Shown piece by piece: positions 1 through 20,633 of a stretch of DNA of 64,000 bases. Positions within the stretch are counted from its first letter, which is position 1, and every line of letters begins with the position of its first letter. Source of the stretch: an uncultured bacterium (GTDB lineage: Bacteria; Krumholzibacteriota; Krumholzibacteriia; Krumholzibacteriales; Krumholzibacteriaceae); the NCBI GenBank assembly GCA_963786935.1, contig CAWBAN010000002.1:384001-448000 (forward strand), in the 5' to 3' direction. The notes beneath the pieces are model-generated. The model worked only from the letters and a program-made list of their open reading frames with translations. It did not search any database and was not told the origin of the DNA. The position numbers were made by a program, and so were the translations under genes.

Positions 1-209
1 CGCCGGTATCGGAGCTCATCAAGAAGGCGGCGAACATCGCGAAGGGCTCCGGCGAGCCGAACAAGGAAAAGGTCGCCAAGCTGTCGAAAGACCAGGTGCG
101 CGAGATCGCGAAGGCGAAGATCAAGGATCTCAACTGCGCGACGATCGAGGCCGCCATCAGGATGGTCGAGGGAAGCGCCCGCAGCATGGGGATCATCGTC
201 GAGGAATAA
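1..209 (+). CDS. rplK: 50S ribosomal protein L11, C-terminal part (5'-truncated by window)
   Basis: Frame from position 3 reads [21 protein letters not shown]...[15 protein letters not shown]; lies directly upstream of rplA. Confidence 0.95.
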   Translation, partial: PVSELIKKAANIAKGSGEPNKEKVAKLSKDQVREIAKAKIKDLNCATIEAAIRMVEGSARSMGIIVEE

Positions 210-231
210 AGCCAAGGAAAGTGGTGAAGGT

Positions 232-933
232 ATGAAGCCCGGCAAGAGATATCGTGAGAGCGCCGCGAAGATCGACAGCGCGCGCGAGTATCCCATCGAA
301 GAGGCGGTGGAAGTGCTCAAGAGCTTCCCCGTGTCGAAGTTCGACGAAACGATCGAGTTTTCCGCGCGGCTCGGCGTCGATCCGAAGCACGCCGACCAGC
401 AGGTCCGCGGCACGGTCCTGCTCCCGCACGGAACGGGCAAGACGATCCGCGTCCTCGTGCTCACCCGCGGCGAGAAGGAGCAGGAGGCGAAGGCCGCCGG
501 CGCGGACAACGTCGGCTCCGTCGAGCTCATCGAGAAGATCAAGGAAGGCTGGTTCGAGTTCGACATCGCGATCTCCACGCCCGACATGATGGGCGAGGTG
601 GGCAAGCTCGGGAAGCTCCTCGGCCCCCGCGGCCTCATGCCGAACCCCAAATCGGGCACGGTGACCTTCGACGTCGCCAAGGCGGTCCGCGAGGCGAAGG
701 CCGGCAAGATCGAGTACCGCGTCGACAAGGGCGCCAACATCCACGTTCCCGTGGGCAAGATGTCGTTCGAGAAGCAGAAGCTCGTCGACAACATCAAGGC
801 GCTCGCGCAGGAGCTCGTCCGCGCGAAGCCGGCGTCGGCGAAGGGCAAGTATATCAAGAGCATGTACATCTCATCGACGATGGGGCCGTCGCTCGCGATC
901 GATCAGGCGTCGCTCATCGGAGAGGCTCGCTAG
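232..933 (+). CDS. rplA: 50S ribosomal protein L1
   Basis: [34 protein letters not shown] motifs. Confidence 0.98.
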   Translation: MKPGKRYRESAAKIDSAREYPIEEAVEVLKSFPVSKFDETIEFSARLGVDPKHADQQVRGTVLLPHGTGKTIRVLVLTRGEKEQEAKAAGADNVGSVELIEKIKEGWFEFDIAISTPDMMGEVGKLGKLLGPRGLMPNPKSGTVTFDVAKAVREAKAGKIEYRVDKGANIHVPVGKMSFEKQKLVDNIKALAQELVRAKPASAKGKYIKSMYISSTMGPSLAIDQASLIGEAR

Positions 934-950
934 GAGAAGGGAAAGCGGTC

Positions 951-1475
951 ATGGCACAAGCAGCGAAAACGAAAAAGATCAGCGATCTCGAGGCGATGCT
1001 GAAGGACGCGAAGAGCATCATCCTGAGCGACTTCACCGGCCTCAACGTCAAGGATATCTCGGAGCTCCGCCGGGTGTGCCGCGAGAAGGGCATCAAGTTC
1101 CGCGTCGTGAAGAACACGCTCGCCAAGCGCAGCTTCGAGGAGCTCGGATACGGCGGCGTCGCGTCCCTCCTCGAGGGCCCGACGGCCGTCGCGATCAGCA
1201 CGGAGGACGAAGTCGCCCCCGCGCAGGTCATCAAGAAATTCGCCGATGATTACGAGCTTCCCCGCCTCAAGGGGGGGTACGTTTCGGGTCGCATCCTTTC
1301 CGAGAAGGAGGTGATCCGGCTCGCCGCGCTTCCCGGCAGAGAAGTCCTTCTGGCCCAGGTGGTCGGGACGACGCAGGCCCCGCTGCGAGGCATCGTCAAT
1401 TGCCTCAGCGCTTCCCTGCGGGACCTCGTGAACGTCGTGAAGGCCGTTCAGGACAAGAAGGGAGCCGCCGCGTAA
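951..1475 (+). CDS. rplJ: 50S ribosomal protein L10
   Basis: VVKNTL, LEGPTAVA, LAALPGRE motifs; synteny. Confidence 0.96.
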   Translation: MAQAAKTKKISDLEAMLKDAKSIILSDFTGLNVKDISELRRVCREKGIKFRVVKNTLAKRSFEELGYGGVASLLEGPTAVAISTEDEVAPAQVIKKFADDYELPRLKGGYVSGRILSEKEVIRLAALPGREVLLAQVVGTTQAPLRGIVNCLSASLRDLVNVVKAVQDKKGAAA

Positions 1476-1585
1476 GCGCGGTAACGGTCCCCGCAGGGGG
1501 GCCGGTCCGGTGAAGGGGGCTCGTTCCCTCCGAGGGGGCGTCCCCGTCGTTCGTACATCACACACGAAGAAAGAGAGGTCGGACC

Positions 1586-2047
1586 ATGACGACGAAGAAG
1601 AAAGACGAAGCGGCCGAGGGAACGGGCGCCGAGGCCCATACCGAAGAGAAGGCGAAGCCGGCGAGCGGATCGGTCGGCACAATCGTCGGCCAGATCGAAA
1701 CCCTCAGCGTGCTCGAGCTCTCCGAGCTCGTGAAGGCGCTCGAGGAGCGGTTCGGCGTCACCGCCGCCGCCCCGATGGCGTTCATGCCGGGCATGATGGC
1801 CGGCGGCGCGGCTCCCGCCGCGGCGGAAGAGGAGAAGACCGAGTTCACGCCGACGCTCAAGGAAGCGGGCGCGAACAAGATCCAGGTCATCAAGGTCGTC
1901 CGCGCGATCACGGGCCTCGGCCTCATCGAGGCGAAGAAGCTCGTCGAGGAAGCGCCGAAGCCGATCAAGGAAGGCGTGAACAAGCAGGAAGCCGAGGAAA
2001 TCAAGAAGAAGGTCGAAGAGGTCGGCGGCGTCGTCGAGATCAAGTAG
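1586..2047 (+). CDS. rplL: 50S ribosomal protein L7/L12 with N-terminal extension
   Basis: [41 protein letters not shown] motifs; SD GAGAGG upstream. Confidence 0.97.
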   Translation: MTTKKKDEAAEGTGAEAHTEEKAKPASGSVGTIVGQIETLSVLELSELVKALEERFGVTAAAPMAFMPGMMAGGAAPAAAEEEKTEFTPTLKEAGANKIQVIKVVRAITGLGLIEAKKLVEEAPKPIKEGVNKQEAEEIKKKVEEVGGVVEIK

Positions 2048-2092
2048 CATCGAAAAGCCGGGATTGGCCTGTAACAAAAGGGGTCATTTTAA

Positions 2093-5887
<3,795 letters not shown>

Positions 5888-5937
5888 GCCCGGTTCTTCA
5901 GGCGATATTGGTGAACGGTTTCCGCCGGAGGTAACCA

Positions 5938-10044
<4,107 letters not shown>

Positions 10045-10063
10045 ACCGCTCGCAAATATTTAC

Positions 10064-10092
10064 TTGACATGGCTGAATATTATTGTTAAATT
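10064..10092 (+). promoter_or_regulatory. sigma70-type promoter of the str operon
   Basis: TTGACA(10064-69)-N17-TAAATT(10087-92) with TGn extension in an AT-rich spacer before rpsL. Confidence 0.75.
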
Positions 10093-10178
10093 GCTGTTTC
10101 GCGTCCCTATTTTTTATCCGTTTTAGGTGCGCAAAAGGTTCGTAACTGGCCGTCTTTATGAGAATTAAGGGGTAAACG

Positions 10179-10562
10179 GTGCCGACGATTAATCAGCTCA
10201 TTCGCAAGGGGCGCTCCGCCGTCCACAAGAAAACGCACGCCCCCGCGCTCAAGAGCTGTCCGCAGAAGCGAGGCGTGTGCACGCGCGTGTATACCTCGAC
10301 GCCCAAGAAGCCGAACTCGGCGATCCGCAAGGTGGCCCGTGTGAGGCTCCAGAACGGCTTCGAGGTCACCTCGTACATACCCGGCGAAGGGCACAACCTT
10401 CAGGAGCACTCGATCGTCCTCATTCGCGGGGGGCGCGTGAAGGACCTTCCCGGCGTTCGTTACCATATCATCCGCGGCGCGCTCGACGCGACCGGCGTCG
10501 AGGGAAGAAACAAGAGCCGTTCGAAATACGGCGTCAAGAAGCCGAAGAAGTCCGCCGCATAA
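10179..10562 (+). CDS. rpsL: 30S ribosomal protein S12 (GTG start)
   Basis: [31 protein letters not shown] motifs. Confidence 0.99.
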   Translation: MPTINQLIRKGRSAVHKKTHAPALKSCPQKRGVCTRVYTSTPKKPNSAIRKVARVRLQNGFEVTSYIPGEGHNLQEHSIVLIRGGRVKDLPGVRYHIIRGALDATGVEGRNKSRSKYGVKKPKKSAA

Positions 10563-10581
10563 CACTCGGGAGATTGATGCG

Positions 10582-11052
10582 ATGCCACGCAGGCGTGAAG
10601 TAGTAAAAAGAGAAGTCATATCCGATCCGAAGTACAGCGACGCCCTCGTTTCGCGGGTGATCAGCTACGTTCTCAAGCGCGGCAAGCGCGGCACTTCGGA
10701 GAGAATCGTGTACGGCGCGCTCGACATCATCGAGGAGAGGTCGGGCCAGAAGGGTCTCGATGTGATGCGGAAGGCGATCGAGAACGTGAAGCCCGTCCTC
10801 GAGGTGACGTCCCGCCGCGTCGGCGGCGCCACGTACCAGGTGCCCATCGAGGTCCGCTCCGACCGGCGCCTCGCGCTTGCGCTCCGCTGGATCCTCGGCT
10901 ACGCGCGCGTGCGGCCGGAACACACGATGGCGGAACGGCTTGCCGCCGAGCTCCTCCTTGCGTACAAGCACGAGGGGCCCTCGATCAAGAAGCGTGAAGA
11001 CACGCACAAGATGGCGGAGGCGAACAAGGCCTTCGCGCACTATCGCTGGTAG
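10582..11052 (+). CDS. rpsG: 30S ribosomal protein S7
   Basis: [26 protein letters not shown] motifs. Confidence 0.99.
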   Translation: MPRRREVVKREVISDPKYSDALVSRVISYVLKRGKRGTSERIVYGALDIIEERSGQKGLDVMRKAIENVKPVLEVTSRRVGGATYQVPIEVRSDRRLALALRWILGYARVRPEHTMAERLAAELLLAYKHEGPSIKKREDTHKMAEANKAFAHYRW

Positions 11053-11170
11053 AGCAGATCGGCCGGCTGCCCTCAGCCGGTGCGAATAGATTTTTCTGGC
11101 TGGGTGGTTGGGGCAAATCCGGATTGGGGCCTGCTCACGCGGGTTCCGACGAGGGTGAGGGACACAACTG

Positions 11171-11221
11171 ATGAACAAGCAGACGTTGCTTAACGACACC
11201 CGCCGCCATCGGCTCACCTGA
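11171..11221 (+). CDS. Putative 16-aa leader peptide (uORF) upstream of fusA, MNKQTLLNDTRRHRLT
   Basis: ATG preceded by GAGGG 9 nt upstream; its TGA lies in the 5' arm of a hairpin next to the fusA SD. Confidence 0.45.
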   Translation: MNKQTLLNDTRRHRLT

Positions 11222-11278
11222 CGCTTCTCGCCTCCCCAGTCGGGGCGTCGTCAGGAAGCCCCGGCGCGGAGAGGCTTT

Positions 11279-13360
11279 ATGACCAGAGAGTTTCCTCTAG
11301 AACAGGTCCGCAATATCGGGATAGCGGCCCACATCGACGCGGGCAAGACTACCCTGACGGAGAGGATTCTCTTCTACACGGGCAAGGTCCACCGGATGGG
11401 CGAAGTGCACGAGGGCAGCACCGTGATGGACTGGATGGATCAGGAACGGGAGCGGGGGATCACGATCATGTCGGCGGCGACGACCTGCGAATGGGCCGAT
11501 CACCGGATCAACATCATCGACACCCCCGGGCACGTCGATTTCACGGTCGAGGTCGAGCGGAGCCTCCGCGTCCTCGACGGGCTCGTCGCGGTGTTCTGCG
11601 GCGTCGGCGGCGTCGAGCCGCAGTCGGAGACGGTCTGGCGGCAGGCCGACCGGTACAACATCCCGCGGCTGGCGTTCGTCAACAAGATGGACCGCGTCGG
11701 CTCCGATTTCGACAACGCGGTCATGATGATGCACGACAGGCTCGGGGCCCACGCCGTGCCGATCGTGCTGCCGATCGGATCGGGCGACTCCTTCGAGGGC
11801 GTCATCGACCTCGTCTCGATGAAGGCGATCTATTACAACGAAGAGGATCTCGGCGCGACGTTCAGCGAGTCGGACATCCCGGCGCGCGAGCTCGCGCGGG
11901 CCGAGGCGGCGCGGGACCAGCTCATGCACGCGCTCGCCGACGTGGACGATTCGTTCATGCACCACGTCGTCCACGGCACCGCGGTGACGATCGAGGAGAT
12001 TCACGCGGCGATCCGCAAAGGGGTCCTCGGCGCCAAGATCGTTCCGGTCCTCGGCGGATCGGCGTTCAAGAACAAGGGCGTTCAGAAGGTGCTCGACGCG
12101 GTCGTCGCGTACCTCCCGAGCCCGGGCGACATCCCGGCGACGAAGGGGATCAACCCCTACACCGAGAAGGAAGAGAAGCGGGAACCCCGCGACGAGTCCC
12201 CCTTCTCGGCGCTCGTGTTCAAGGTGCAGACCGACAAGTATGTCGGCCGTCTCCATTACCTCCGGGTCTATTCGGGATCGATGAGGGCCGGCAGCCAGGT
12301 CATCAACGCGACGAACGACCGCAAGGAGCGCGTGAGCAGGTTCCTCCGGATGCACGCGAACAAGCGGGAGGATATCAACGAGGTGTTCACGGGCGACATC
12401 ATCGCCGCCGTGGGATTGAAGAGCGCCCATACGGGAGACACGCTCTGCGACGCGAAGCACCTCATTCAGTTCGAGTCGATGCGCGTTCCCGAGCCCGTCA
12501 TATCGGTCGCGATCGAGCCGAGGACGAAGGCGGACGGCGAGAAGATGATGAACGCGCTCACCCAGCTCGCCGGCGAGGATCCGTCCTTCCGGATGAAGAT
12601 CGACGCCGAGACGGGCCAGACGATCATCTCGGGCATGGGCGAGCTGCACCTCGAGATTCTCGTCGAGCGCATGTTCAGGGAATTCGACGTGGGCGCCAAG
12701 GTCGGCCGGCCGCAGGTCGCCTACAAGGAAACGATCACCCAGCCCACGCGCGCCGAAGGCAAGTTCGTGCGGCAGAGCGGCGGCCGCGGCCATTTCGGCG
12801 TCGTGACGCTCGAGCTCGAGCCGGCGCCGGGCAAGGGATTTTCGTTCGTGAACAGGATCAGGGACGGCGCCGTCCCCAAGCAGTTCGTGCCGTACGTGGA
12901 GGGGGGCGTGCGCGAGTCGATGGTGAGCGGACCGCTCGGCGGTTATCCCGTCGTGGACATCACGGTTTCGCTCGTGGACGGGGCGTATCACGATGTCGAC
13001 TCGACCGACATCGCGTTTCGCGCGGCGGCGAGCATGGCGTTCACGGAAGGCGTGCGCTCGGGATCTCCGGTGCTCCTCGAGCCCGTCATGGATCTCGAGG
13101 TCGTGCTCCCCGTCGAATACGTCGGCGAGGTCATCAACGATATCAACATGCGAAGAGGCAAAGTCGAAGGGATGTTCCATCGTTCGAACGCACAGGTCAT
13201 CACGGCGCGGGCGCCCCTCTCGGACATGTTCGGCTACGCGACGAGTCTCCGGTCCCTCACCCAGGGCAGAGCGGTCTACACGATGCAATTTTCGCATTAC
13301 GACCGGGTGCCGCCGGAGCTCATCACCGAGAAGCTGGGTCACCTGACGGGCCTCGCGTGA
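11279..13360 (+). CDS. fusA: Elongation factor G
   Basis: [30 protein letters not shown] motifs; str operon position. Confidence 0.98.
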   Translation: MTREFPLEQVRNIGIAAHIDAGKTTLTERILFYTGKVHRMGEVHEGSTVMDWMDQERERGITIMSAATTCEWADHRINIIDTPGHVDFTVEVERSLRVLDGLVAVFCGVGGVEPQSETVWRQADRYNIPRLAFVNKMDRVGSDFDNAVMMMHDRLGAHAVPIVLPIGSGDSFEGVIDLVSMKAIYYNEEDLGATFSESDIPARELARAEAARDQLMHALADVDDSFMHHVVHGTAVTIEEIHAAIRKGVLGAKIVPVLGGSAFKNKGVQKVLDAVVAYLPSPGDIPATKGINPYTEKEEKREPRDESPFSALVFKVQTDKYVGRLHYLRVYSGSMRAGSQVINATNDRKERVSRFLRMHANKREDINEVFTGDIIAAVGLKSAHTGDTLCDAKHLIQFESMRVPEPVISVAIEPRTKADGEKMMNALTQLAGEDPSFRMKIDAETGQTIISGMGELHLEILVERMFREFDVGAKVGRPQVAYKETITQPTRAEGKFVRQSGGRGHFGVVTLELEPAPGKGFSFVNRIRDGAVPKQFVPYVEGGVRESMVSGPLGGYPVVDITVSLVDGAYHDVDSTDIAFRAAASMAFTEGVRSGSPVLLEPVMDLEVVLPVEYVGEVINDINMRRGKVEGMFHRSNAQVITARAPLSDMFGYATSLRSLTQGRAVYTMQFSHYDRVPPELITEKLGHLTGLA

Positions 13361-13375
13361 AGGAGGTAGGGTTCG

Positions 13376-14584
<1,209 letters not shown>

Positions 14585-14611
14585 CAATCTGCCGCGGATG
14601 GAGGTTGCCCG

Positions 14612-14920
<309 letters not shown>

Positions 14921-14934
14921 AGGGGGACGGCGCA

Positions 14935-15555
14935 ATGCGAGGGCTGATCGGCAGGAAAATAGGCATGACGCACATATTCGAGGCGGACGGGGTTCAGGTG
15001 CCCGTTTCGGTCATCGAGCTCGGTCCCTGCCCCGTCGTGCAGGTGAAGACGATGAAGAAGGAAAAGTACGGCGCCGTGCAGCTCGGCTTCGGCGGCGTAC
15101 GGGCGACGAAGGCGAAGCTCGCGGAGATCGGACACTGCAAGAAGGCGAATCTTCCGGTGTACAAGCACCTGCAGGAGTTCCGGGTCGACAACGCCGAGGA
15201 GTTCACCCCCGGCCAGATGATCGACGTGAGCATCTTCAACGGCGTCGAGTGGGTCGACGTGACCGGCAAGACGAAGGGGCGCGGCTTCGCGGGGCTCGTC
15301 AAGCGCCACAAGTTCCACGGCGGCGACCAGACGCACGGATCGAAGTCGCACGCCGTCGCCGGCTCCATCGGCAGTTCCGCCTACCCGTCGCGCGTGATGA
15401 AGGGCAAGCGGATGGCCGGCCGCATGGGCTACAAGCCGTTCACCGTGAAGAATCTCAAGGTCGTCGAGATAGACGTCGAGAACAACCTGATACTGGTTCG
15501 CGGGGCCGTGCCGGGAGCGGCGAATACGATCCTGGCGGTCACGGCCTCCTCGTGA
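14935..15555 (+). CDS. rplC: 50S ribosomal protein L3
   Basis: GLIGRKIGMT, KGRGFAG, RVMKGKRMAGRMG motifs. Confidence 0.97.
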   Translation: MRGLIGRKIGMTHIFEADGVQVPVSVIELGPCPVVQVKTMKKEKYGAVQLGFGGVRATKAKLAEIGHCKKANLPVYKHLQEFRVDNAEEFTPGQMIDVSIFNGVEWVDVTGKTKGRGFAGLVKRHKFHGGDQTHGSKSHAVAGSIGSSAYPSRVMKGKRMAGRMGYKPFTVKNLKVVEIDVENNLILVRGAVPGAANTILAVTASS

Positions 15556-15575
15556 GGAGCTCGAGAGGAAGAATC

Positions 15576-16205
15576 ATGGCGAGTGCAAAACTGTTCGATT
15601 TCAACGGCAATCTGAAAGGCACGGTCGAGCTGCCCGAGGCGCTCTTCGGCGCTCCCGTCAACAAGGCGGTCCTCTACGATTCCGTCCGCCAGTATCTCGC
15701 GAACCAGCGGCGCGGCACGTCGAAGGCCAAGGAACGCGGCGAGGTGCACTACAGCACGAAGAAACCGTACCGGCAGAAGGGCACCGGCCGCGCGCGCGCG
15801 GGCATGCGGAGCTCTCCGATCTGGCGGCACGGCGGCGTCGTGTTCGGGCCGCATCCGCGCGATTACCACTACGCGATCCCGCGCAAGATGAAGCGCCTCG
15901 CGCTCGTCTCCGCGCTCAGCGACAAGGGGAAGAGCGAGAACGTCGTCCTCGTCGAGGGCGTCGCCGCCGAACGGCCGAAAACGAAGCCGTTCGCGAGCTT
16001 CCTCCGCGCCGCGGGGCTCGGCGGCAAGCGCGTTCTCTTCGTCACCGACGCGTGGAACGACGCCGTGTACCGTTCGATGCGCAACATTCCGGGCGTCGAC
16101 GTGATCGAGGGCCGGAACATGCACGCCTACGGCATCCTCCGCGCGGACGTGCTGCTCATCACGAAGGAAGGGCTCTCCTCGATCGAGGGGGTGTTTGCGA
16201 GATGA
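15576..16205 (+). CDS. rplD: 50S ribosomal protein L4
   Basis: [14 protein letters not shown]...GGVVFGP motif; start at ATG 15576 after SD GAGG. Confidence 0.97.
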   Translation: MASAKLFDFNGNLKGTVELPEALFGAPVNKAVLYDSVRQYLANQRRGTSKAKERGEVHYSTKKPYRQKGTGRARAGMRSSPIWRHGGVVFGPHPRDYHYAIPRKMKRLALVSALSDKGKSENVVLVEGVAAERPKTKPFASFLRAAGLGGKRVLFVTDAWNDAVYRSMRNIPGVDVIEGRNMHAYGILRADVLLITKEGLSSIEGVFAR

Positions 16206-16504
16206 AGGATTTGACGAAGATCATTCTGAAGCCCGTCATCACCGAGCGCGGCAACGAGGTGAAGGAAGCGGACAACAAGTTCATCTTCGAGGTTCACCCT
16301 CACGCCAACAAGCGCGAGATCAAGCTCGCCGTCGAGAAGCTGTTCGGCGTCACCGTGAAGGACGTGCGGACCGCCGTCATGCGCGGCAAGCCGAAAAAGA
16401 CGATGATGAAGGGCGGACGGTTCGAAGGAAAGCGCCCCGACCGGAAAAAGGCGTTTGTCACGGTCGCCAAGGGGCAGAACATCGACATTTTCGATCAGGT
16501 GTGA
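16202..16504 (+). CDS. rplW: 50S ribosomal protein L23
   Basis: IILKPVITE, ANKREIKLAVEKLFGV motifs; ATGA overlap with rplD. Confidence 0.96.
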   Translation: MKDLTKIILKPVITERGNEVKEADNKFIFEVHPHANKREIKLAVEKLFGVTVKDVRTAVMRGKPKKTMMKGGRFEGKRPDRKKAFVTVAKGQNIDIFDQV

Positions 16505-16528
16505 GGTTTCGGAAAGAGGAACTGACCG

Positions 16529-17353
16529 ATGGCTATCAAGAAGTATAAACCGATAACGCCGGGCCAGCGCTACAAGACGACGATCGACTACTCGGTGCTC
16601 ACGAAGAAGGCGCCGGAGAAGGCGCTCCTCGAGGTGTTGAAGCGTACGGGCGGCCGCAACAGCGACGGCCACATCACGAGCCGACACATCGGCGGCGGGC
16701 ACAAGCAGAAGTACCGCATCATCGACTTCAAGCGCGACAAGGTCGGCATTCCGGCGAAGATCTCGGCGCTCGAGTACGATCCGAACCGCTCGGCGTTCAT
16801 CTCGCTGCTCGTCTACGCGGACGGCGAGAAGCGCTACATCCTCGCGCCGCACGGCGTGAAGGTCGGCGACACGATCCTCTCGGGGCCCGACGCGGACATC
16901 CACCCGGGGAACTCGCTCCCGATGGAGAAGATCCCGACGGGGCTCTTCATTCACAATATCGAGCTCACCGCGGGGCGGGGCGGGCAGATGGCGCGGAGCG
17001 CCGGTTCGTACGCGCAGCTCATGGCGAAGGAAGGGAACCACGTATTGCTCAGGCTCCCGAGCGGCGAGCTCCGCAAGGTCCGCAAGGAGTGCTACGCGAC
17101 GATCGGACAGGTGAGCAATATCGATCACGAGAACGTGTCGATCGGCAAGGCGGGGCGCACGCGCTGGCTCGGCCGCAGACCCAAGGTCCGCGGCGTCGCG
17201 ATGAACCCGATCGACCATCCGATGGGCGGCGGCGAGGGAAAATCGAGCGGCGGACGGCACCCGACGACCCCGTGGGGCAAGCCGACGAAGGGTTTCAAGA
17301 CGCGCAAGCGCCAGAAATCCGACAAGCTGATCGTTCACCGGAGGAAGAAGTAG
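16529..17353 (+). CDS. rplB: 50S ribosomal protein L2
   Basis: [24 protein letters not shown] motifs. Confidence 0.99.
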   Translation: MAIKKYKPITPGQRYKTTIDYSVLTKKAPEKALLEVLKRTGGRNSDGHITSRHIGGGHKQKYRIIDFKRDKVGIPAKISALEYDPNRSAFISLLVYADGEKRYILAPHGVKVGDTILSGPDADIHPGNSLPMEKIPTGLFIHNIELTAGRGGQMARSAGSYAQLMAKEGNHVLLRLPSGELRKVRKECYATIGQVSNIDHENVSIGKAGRTRWLGRRPKVRGVAMNPIDHPMGGGEGKSSGGRHPTTPWGKPTKGFKTRKRQKSDKLIVHRRKK

Positions 17354-17432
17354 TCGCGGGTTCGGGCCGGCCGCGCGGCGCGGCCCGGGGCGCTCTCGAG
17401 GGAGAGCGGCGCAGAAACGGCATGGAGGTTCG

Positions 17433-17705
17433 ATGGCCAGATCATTGAAGAAGGGCCCTTTCATCGACGAGAAGCTCGTGAGGCGGCTCGAGAAGATGAA
17501 CGAGGCGGGAGACAAGAAGGTCGCCAAGACGTGGGCGCGCCGTTCGACGATCTCGCCGGAGTTCGTGGGGCAGACACTGGCGATTCACAACGGCAACAAG
17601 TTCATTCCGGTGTTCATCACCGAGAATATGGTAGGCCACAAGCTCGGCGAATTCGTTCCGACGCGGGTCTACCGTGGACATCCGGGCGGAAAAAAGACCG
17701 CGTGA
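17433..17705 (+). CDS. rpsS: 30S ribosomal protein S19
   Basis: [19 protein letters not shown] motifs. Confidence 0.98.
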   Translation: MARSLKKGPFIDEKLVRRLEKMNEAGDKKVAKTWARRSTISPEFVGQTLAIHNGNKFIPVFITENMVGHKLGEFVPTRVYRGHPGGKKTA

Positions 17706-17725
17706 TCGGTCGGAGGTAAATGAAC

Positions 17726-18079
17726 ATGGAAGCACGCGCCATCGCGCGGCACGTGAGGGTCTCCCCGCAGAAGGCGAAGATCGTCGCCGATCTCGTCCGG
17801 GGAAAGTCCGTCGAGAAGGCCCTCGAGATATTAAAATTCTCGAAGACGTACGCGTCGAAGCCCATCGGAAAGACCGTGTTGTCCGCGATGCACAACCTCG
17901 CCACGATGAGCGAGCACCCGATCGAGCCGTCGCACATGGGCATCAAGGAGATCCGCATCAACGAGGGCAGGACGATGTACCGCATCAGGGCGCGGGCGCA
18001 GGGACGCGCGTATCGCATACGGAAACGGTCGAGCCACATCATTGTGGTCGTCGAGCACAAAGAAGAACCGGCGAGCTAA
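17726..18079 (+). CDS. rplV: 50S ribosomal protein L22
   Basis: RVSPQKAKIVADLVRGK, RAQGRAYRIRKRSSHI motifs; start could be 17720. Confidence 0.96.
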   Translation: MEARAIARHVRVSPQKAKIVADLVRGKSVEKALEILKFSKTYASKPIGKTVLSAMHNLATMSEHPIEPSHMGIKEIRINEGRTMYRIRARAQGRAYRIRKRSSHIIVVVEHKEEPAS

Positions 18080-18094
18080 CACGAGGAGGCACTT

Positions 18095-18790
18095 TTGGGT
18101 CAGAAGACTAATCCCATAGGGTTGAGGCTCGGCATCAACCGGGCGTGGGATTCCAAGTGGTTCGCGACGAAGAATTTCGCGCACTGGCTGGAAGAGGACG
18201 TCACGATTCGGAAGTATATCAAGAAGCGTCTCGCGCGAGCGGGCGTCTCGAAGACGGAGATCGAGCGGCGCGGCGACAAGGTGCGCGTGCATATCCACAC
18301 CGCGCGGCCGGGCATGGTGATCGGGCGGAAGGGCGCCGAGGTCGATTTCCTGAGCGAGGAGCTCTGCCACCTGACGCTGAAGGACGTCCAGATCGACATC
18401 CGCGAGGTCAAGCGTCCCGAGCTCAACGCGCAGCTCGTCGCCGACCACATCGCCGGGCAGATCGAGCAGCGCGTCTCGTATCGCCGCGCGATGAAGAAGG
18501 CGATCGGCTCCGCGATGCGCATGGGCGCGCACGGAATCAAGATCAAGACCTCGGGCCGCCTCGGCGGCGCCGAAATGTCCCGCGTCGAGGGGTACATGGA
18601 CGGGCGAGTGCCGCTGCACACCCTTCGCGCCGAGATCGATTTCGCCCGCTCGACCGCGTTCACGACGTACGGGGCGGTCGGCGTGAAGGTCTGGATCTAT
18701 CTCGGGGAGCTGTTCCCGAAGGATTTCCGGCGGCAGATGAGCGAAGCGGCGATCGACGAGAGCTCCCGCCAGCGCGGAGAAAGGCCGTAG
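18095..18790 (+). CDS. rpsC: 30S ribosomal protein S3 (TTG start)
   Basis: [22 protein letters not shown] motifs. Confidence 0.98.
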   Translation: MGQKTNPIGLRLGINRAWDSKWFATKNFAHWLEEDVTIRKYIKKRLARAGVSKTEIERRGDKVRVHIHTARPGMVIGRKGAEVDFLSEELCHLTLKDVQIDIREVKRPELNAQLVADHIAGQIEQRVSYRRAMKKAIGSAMRMGAHGIKIKTSGRLGGAEMSRVEGYMDGRVPLHTLRAEIDFARSTAFTTYGAVGVKVWIYLGELFPKDFRRQMSEAAIDESSRQRGERP

Positions 18791-18807
18791 AAAGGGATTG
18801 ATCGATC

Positions 18808-19236
18808 ATGTTGATGCCGAAGAAAACGAAGTATCGCAAGCAGCAGAGGGGCCGGAGACGCGGCATGGCGACCCGGGGCGCGAGCATCGACTTCGGGACG
18901 TACGGGCTGCAGAGCGAGGACCCCGCGTGGGTCACGAACCGCCAGATCGAGGCGGCGCGCGTCGCGATCATGCGCCATATCAACCGGGCGGGAAAGCTCT
19001 GGATCAGGATCTTCCCCGATAAACCGGTCACGGTGAAGCCGGCGGAGACGCGCATGGGCAAGGGAAAGGGAGCGCCCGAGTACTGGGTGGCGGTCGTGAA
19101 GCCGGGGCGCATCCTGTTCGAGCTCGAGGGAGTCGATATCGACGAGGCGCGCCGCGCGATGCAGCTCGCCTCCTCGAAGCTTCCGATGAAGACGAAGTTC
19201 GTGCGCCGGGTCGCGACGGGTAAGGTGACCGGCTGA
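18808..19236 (+). CDS. rplP: 50S ribosomal protein L16
   Basis: [18 protein letters not shown] motifs. Confidence 0.98.
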   Translation: MLMPKKTKYRKQQRGRRRGMATRGASIDFGTYGLQSEDPAWVTNRQIEAARVAIMRHINRAGKLWIRIFPDKPVTVKPAETRMGKGKGAPEYWVAVVKPGRILFELEGVDIDEARRAMQLASSKLPMKTKFVRRVATGKVTG

Positions 19237-19298
19237 GGCCGGAACGCGGCGGCGCGGAGACGCAAGAGAGGATTTCAGCAATTCGGACGGTTTGAATC

Positions 19299-19541
19299 AT
19301 GAAGGTAACGGAACTGAGAGAGATGAGCATCGACGAGCTCAAGGTCCGCGCGGACGAGCTCTCCGAGGAGCTTTCACGCATGAAGATCCAGCTCGCCTTG
19401 AAGCGGCTCGATAATCCGCTCAAGTCGCGCAACGCGCGTCGGGACCTCGCGCGGATCAAGACGGTCATCAACGAGAAGATCCGGACCGGCACCAAGGCCG
19501 CGGCTGCGCCGGCGGGCTCCGGAACCGCGAAGAAGGCGTAG
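19299..19541 (+). CDS. rpmC: 50S ribosomal protein L29
   Basis: ELREMSIDEL, RRDLARIKT motifs; synteny. Confidence 0.95.
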   Translation: MKVTELREMSIDELKVRADELSEELSRMKIQLALKRLDNPLKSRNARRDLARIKTVINEKIRTGTKAAAAPAGSGTAKKA

Positions 19542-19574
19542 GCCCGGCGCGAAACCCGGGCACGAGGAGTGAAG

Positions 19575-19832
19575 ATGGAGACAAGAAAGCCCAGAAAGGT
19601 CATTGTCGGGCGCGTGGTGAGCGATGCGATGAACAAGACGATCTCGGTGTCGGTCGAGCGCATCTTCCAGCATCGGCTGTACAAGAAGATGATCAAGCGC
19701 ACGGCGAAGATCTACGCCCATGACGAGGAGCGCGCGGCGCACGTCGGCGACCTCGTGAAGGTTATGTCGACGCGGCCGCTCAGCAAAATGAAGCGCTGGC
19801 GGGTCGTTGAGGTTCTGGAAAAGGCGAAGTAG
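19575..19832 (+). CDS. rpsQ: 30S ribosomal protein S17
   Basis: GRVVSDAMNKTI, TRPLSKMKRW motifs. Confidence 0.97.
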   Translation: METRKPRKVIVGRVVSDAMNKTISVSVERIFQHRLYKKMIKRTAKIYAHDEERAAHVGDLVKVMSTRPLSKMKRWRVVEVLEKAK

Positions 19833-19844
19833 GAGTACACGACG

Positions 19845-20213
19845 ATGATACAGACGTATACCATGTTGGTGGTCGCCGACAATTCCGGCGCGAAGAGCGT
19901 CCGCTGCATCAGGGTGATGGGCGGATCGAAGCGGCGGTACGCGGGCATTGGCGACATCATCGCCGCCAACGTCAAGATGGCGATCCCGGGCTCGGCGATC
20001 AAGAAAGGCCAGGTCGTCAAATGCGTGGTCGTGAGGACCCGCAAGGAGCTCAGGAGGAAGGACGGCAGCTACATCCGCTTCGACCAGAACGCGGCGGTGC
20101 TCATCGACGATAAGAAGGAACCGATCGGCACGCGAATCTTCGGGCCGGTGGCGCGCGAGCTCAGGGAGAAGAAGTTCATGAAGATCGTCTCCCTGGCCCC
20201 GGAAGTCATTTAA
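19845..20213 (+). CDS. rplN: 50S ribosomal protein L14
   Basis: [20 protein letters not shown] motifs. Confidence 0.99.
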   Translation: MIQTYTMLVVADNSGAKSVRCIRVMGGSKRRYAGIGDIIAANVKMAIPGSAIKKGQVVKCVVVRTRKELRRKDGSYIRFDQNAAVLIDDKKEPIGTRIFGPVARELREKKFMKIVSLAPEVI

Positions 20214-20230
20214 GGGAACGGGAAACGACA

Positions 20231-20560
20231 ATGAAAATCAAGAAGAACGATCTTGTAAAGGTTATCTCGGGCAACTCCAAGGGGTTGGAGGGCAAGGTGC
20301 TCAAGGTGTTCCCGGAATCCGGCCGCATCATCGTCGAGAAGGTTCATCTCGTCAAGCGGCACACCCGGAAGCAGCAGGGCCGGGGCGGGGCAGCGCAGGG
20401 CGGCATCGTCGAGAAAGAGGCGCCGATTCACATGTCCGACGTCCTGCTCGTGTGCCCGAAGTGCGGCAAGCCGACGCGGACGGCCGTCGTCATCCTCAGC
20501 GACGGGAGCAAGACGCGCAAGTGCAAGAAATGCCAGGAGATGTTGAGCGAGCAGAAGTGA
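20231..20560 (+). CDS. rplX: 50S ribosomal protein L24
   Basis: KIKKNDLVKVISG, GGIVEKEAPIH motifs; retains two CxxC pairs. Confidence 0.96.
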   Translation: MKIKKNDLVKVISGNSKGLEGKVLKVFPESGRIIVEKVHLVKRHTRKQQGRGGAAQGGIVEKEAPIHMSDVLLVCPKCGKPTRTAVVILSDGSKTRKCKKCQEMLSEQK

Positions 20561-20633
20561 CGAGGCGTGACGGCGCGCGGCCGCGAGGCGCCGCGTCCGG
20601 CACGGGAACGGAGAAACGGAAACGGTGAGCGTG

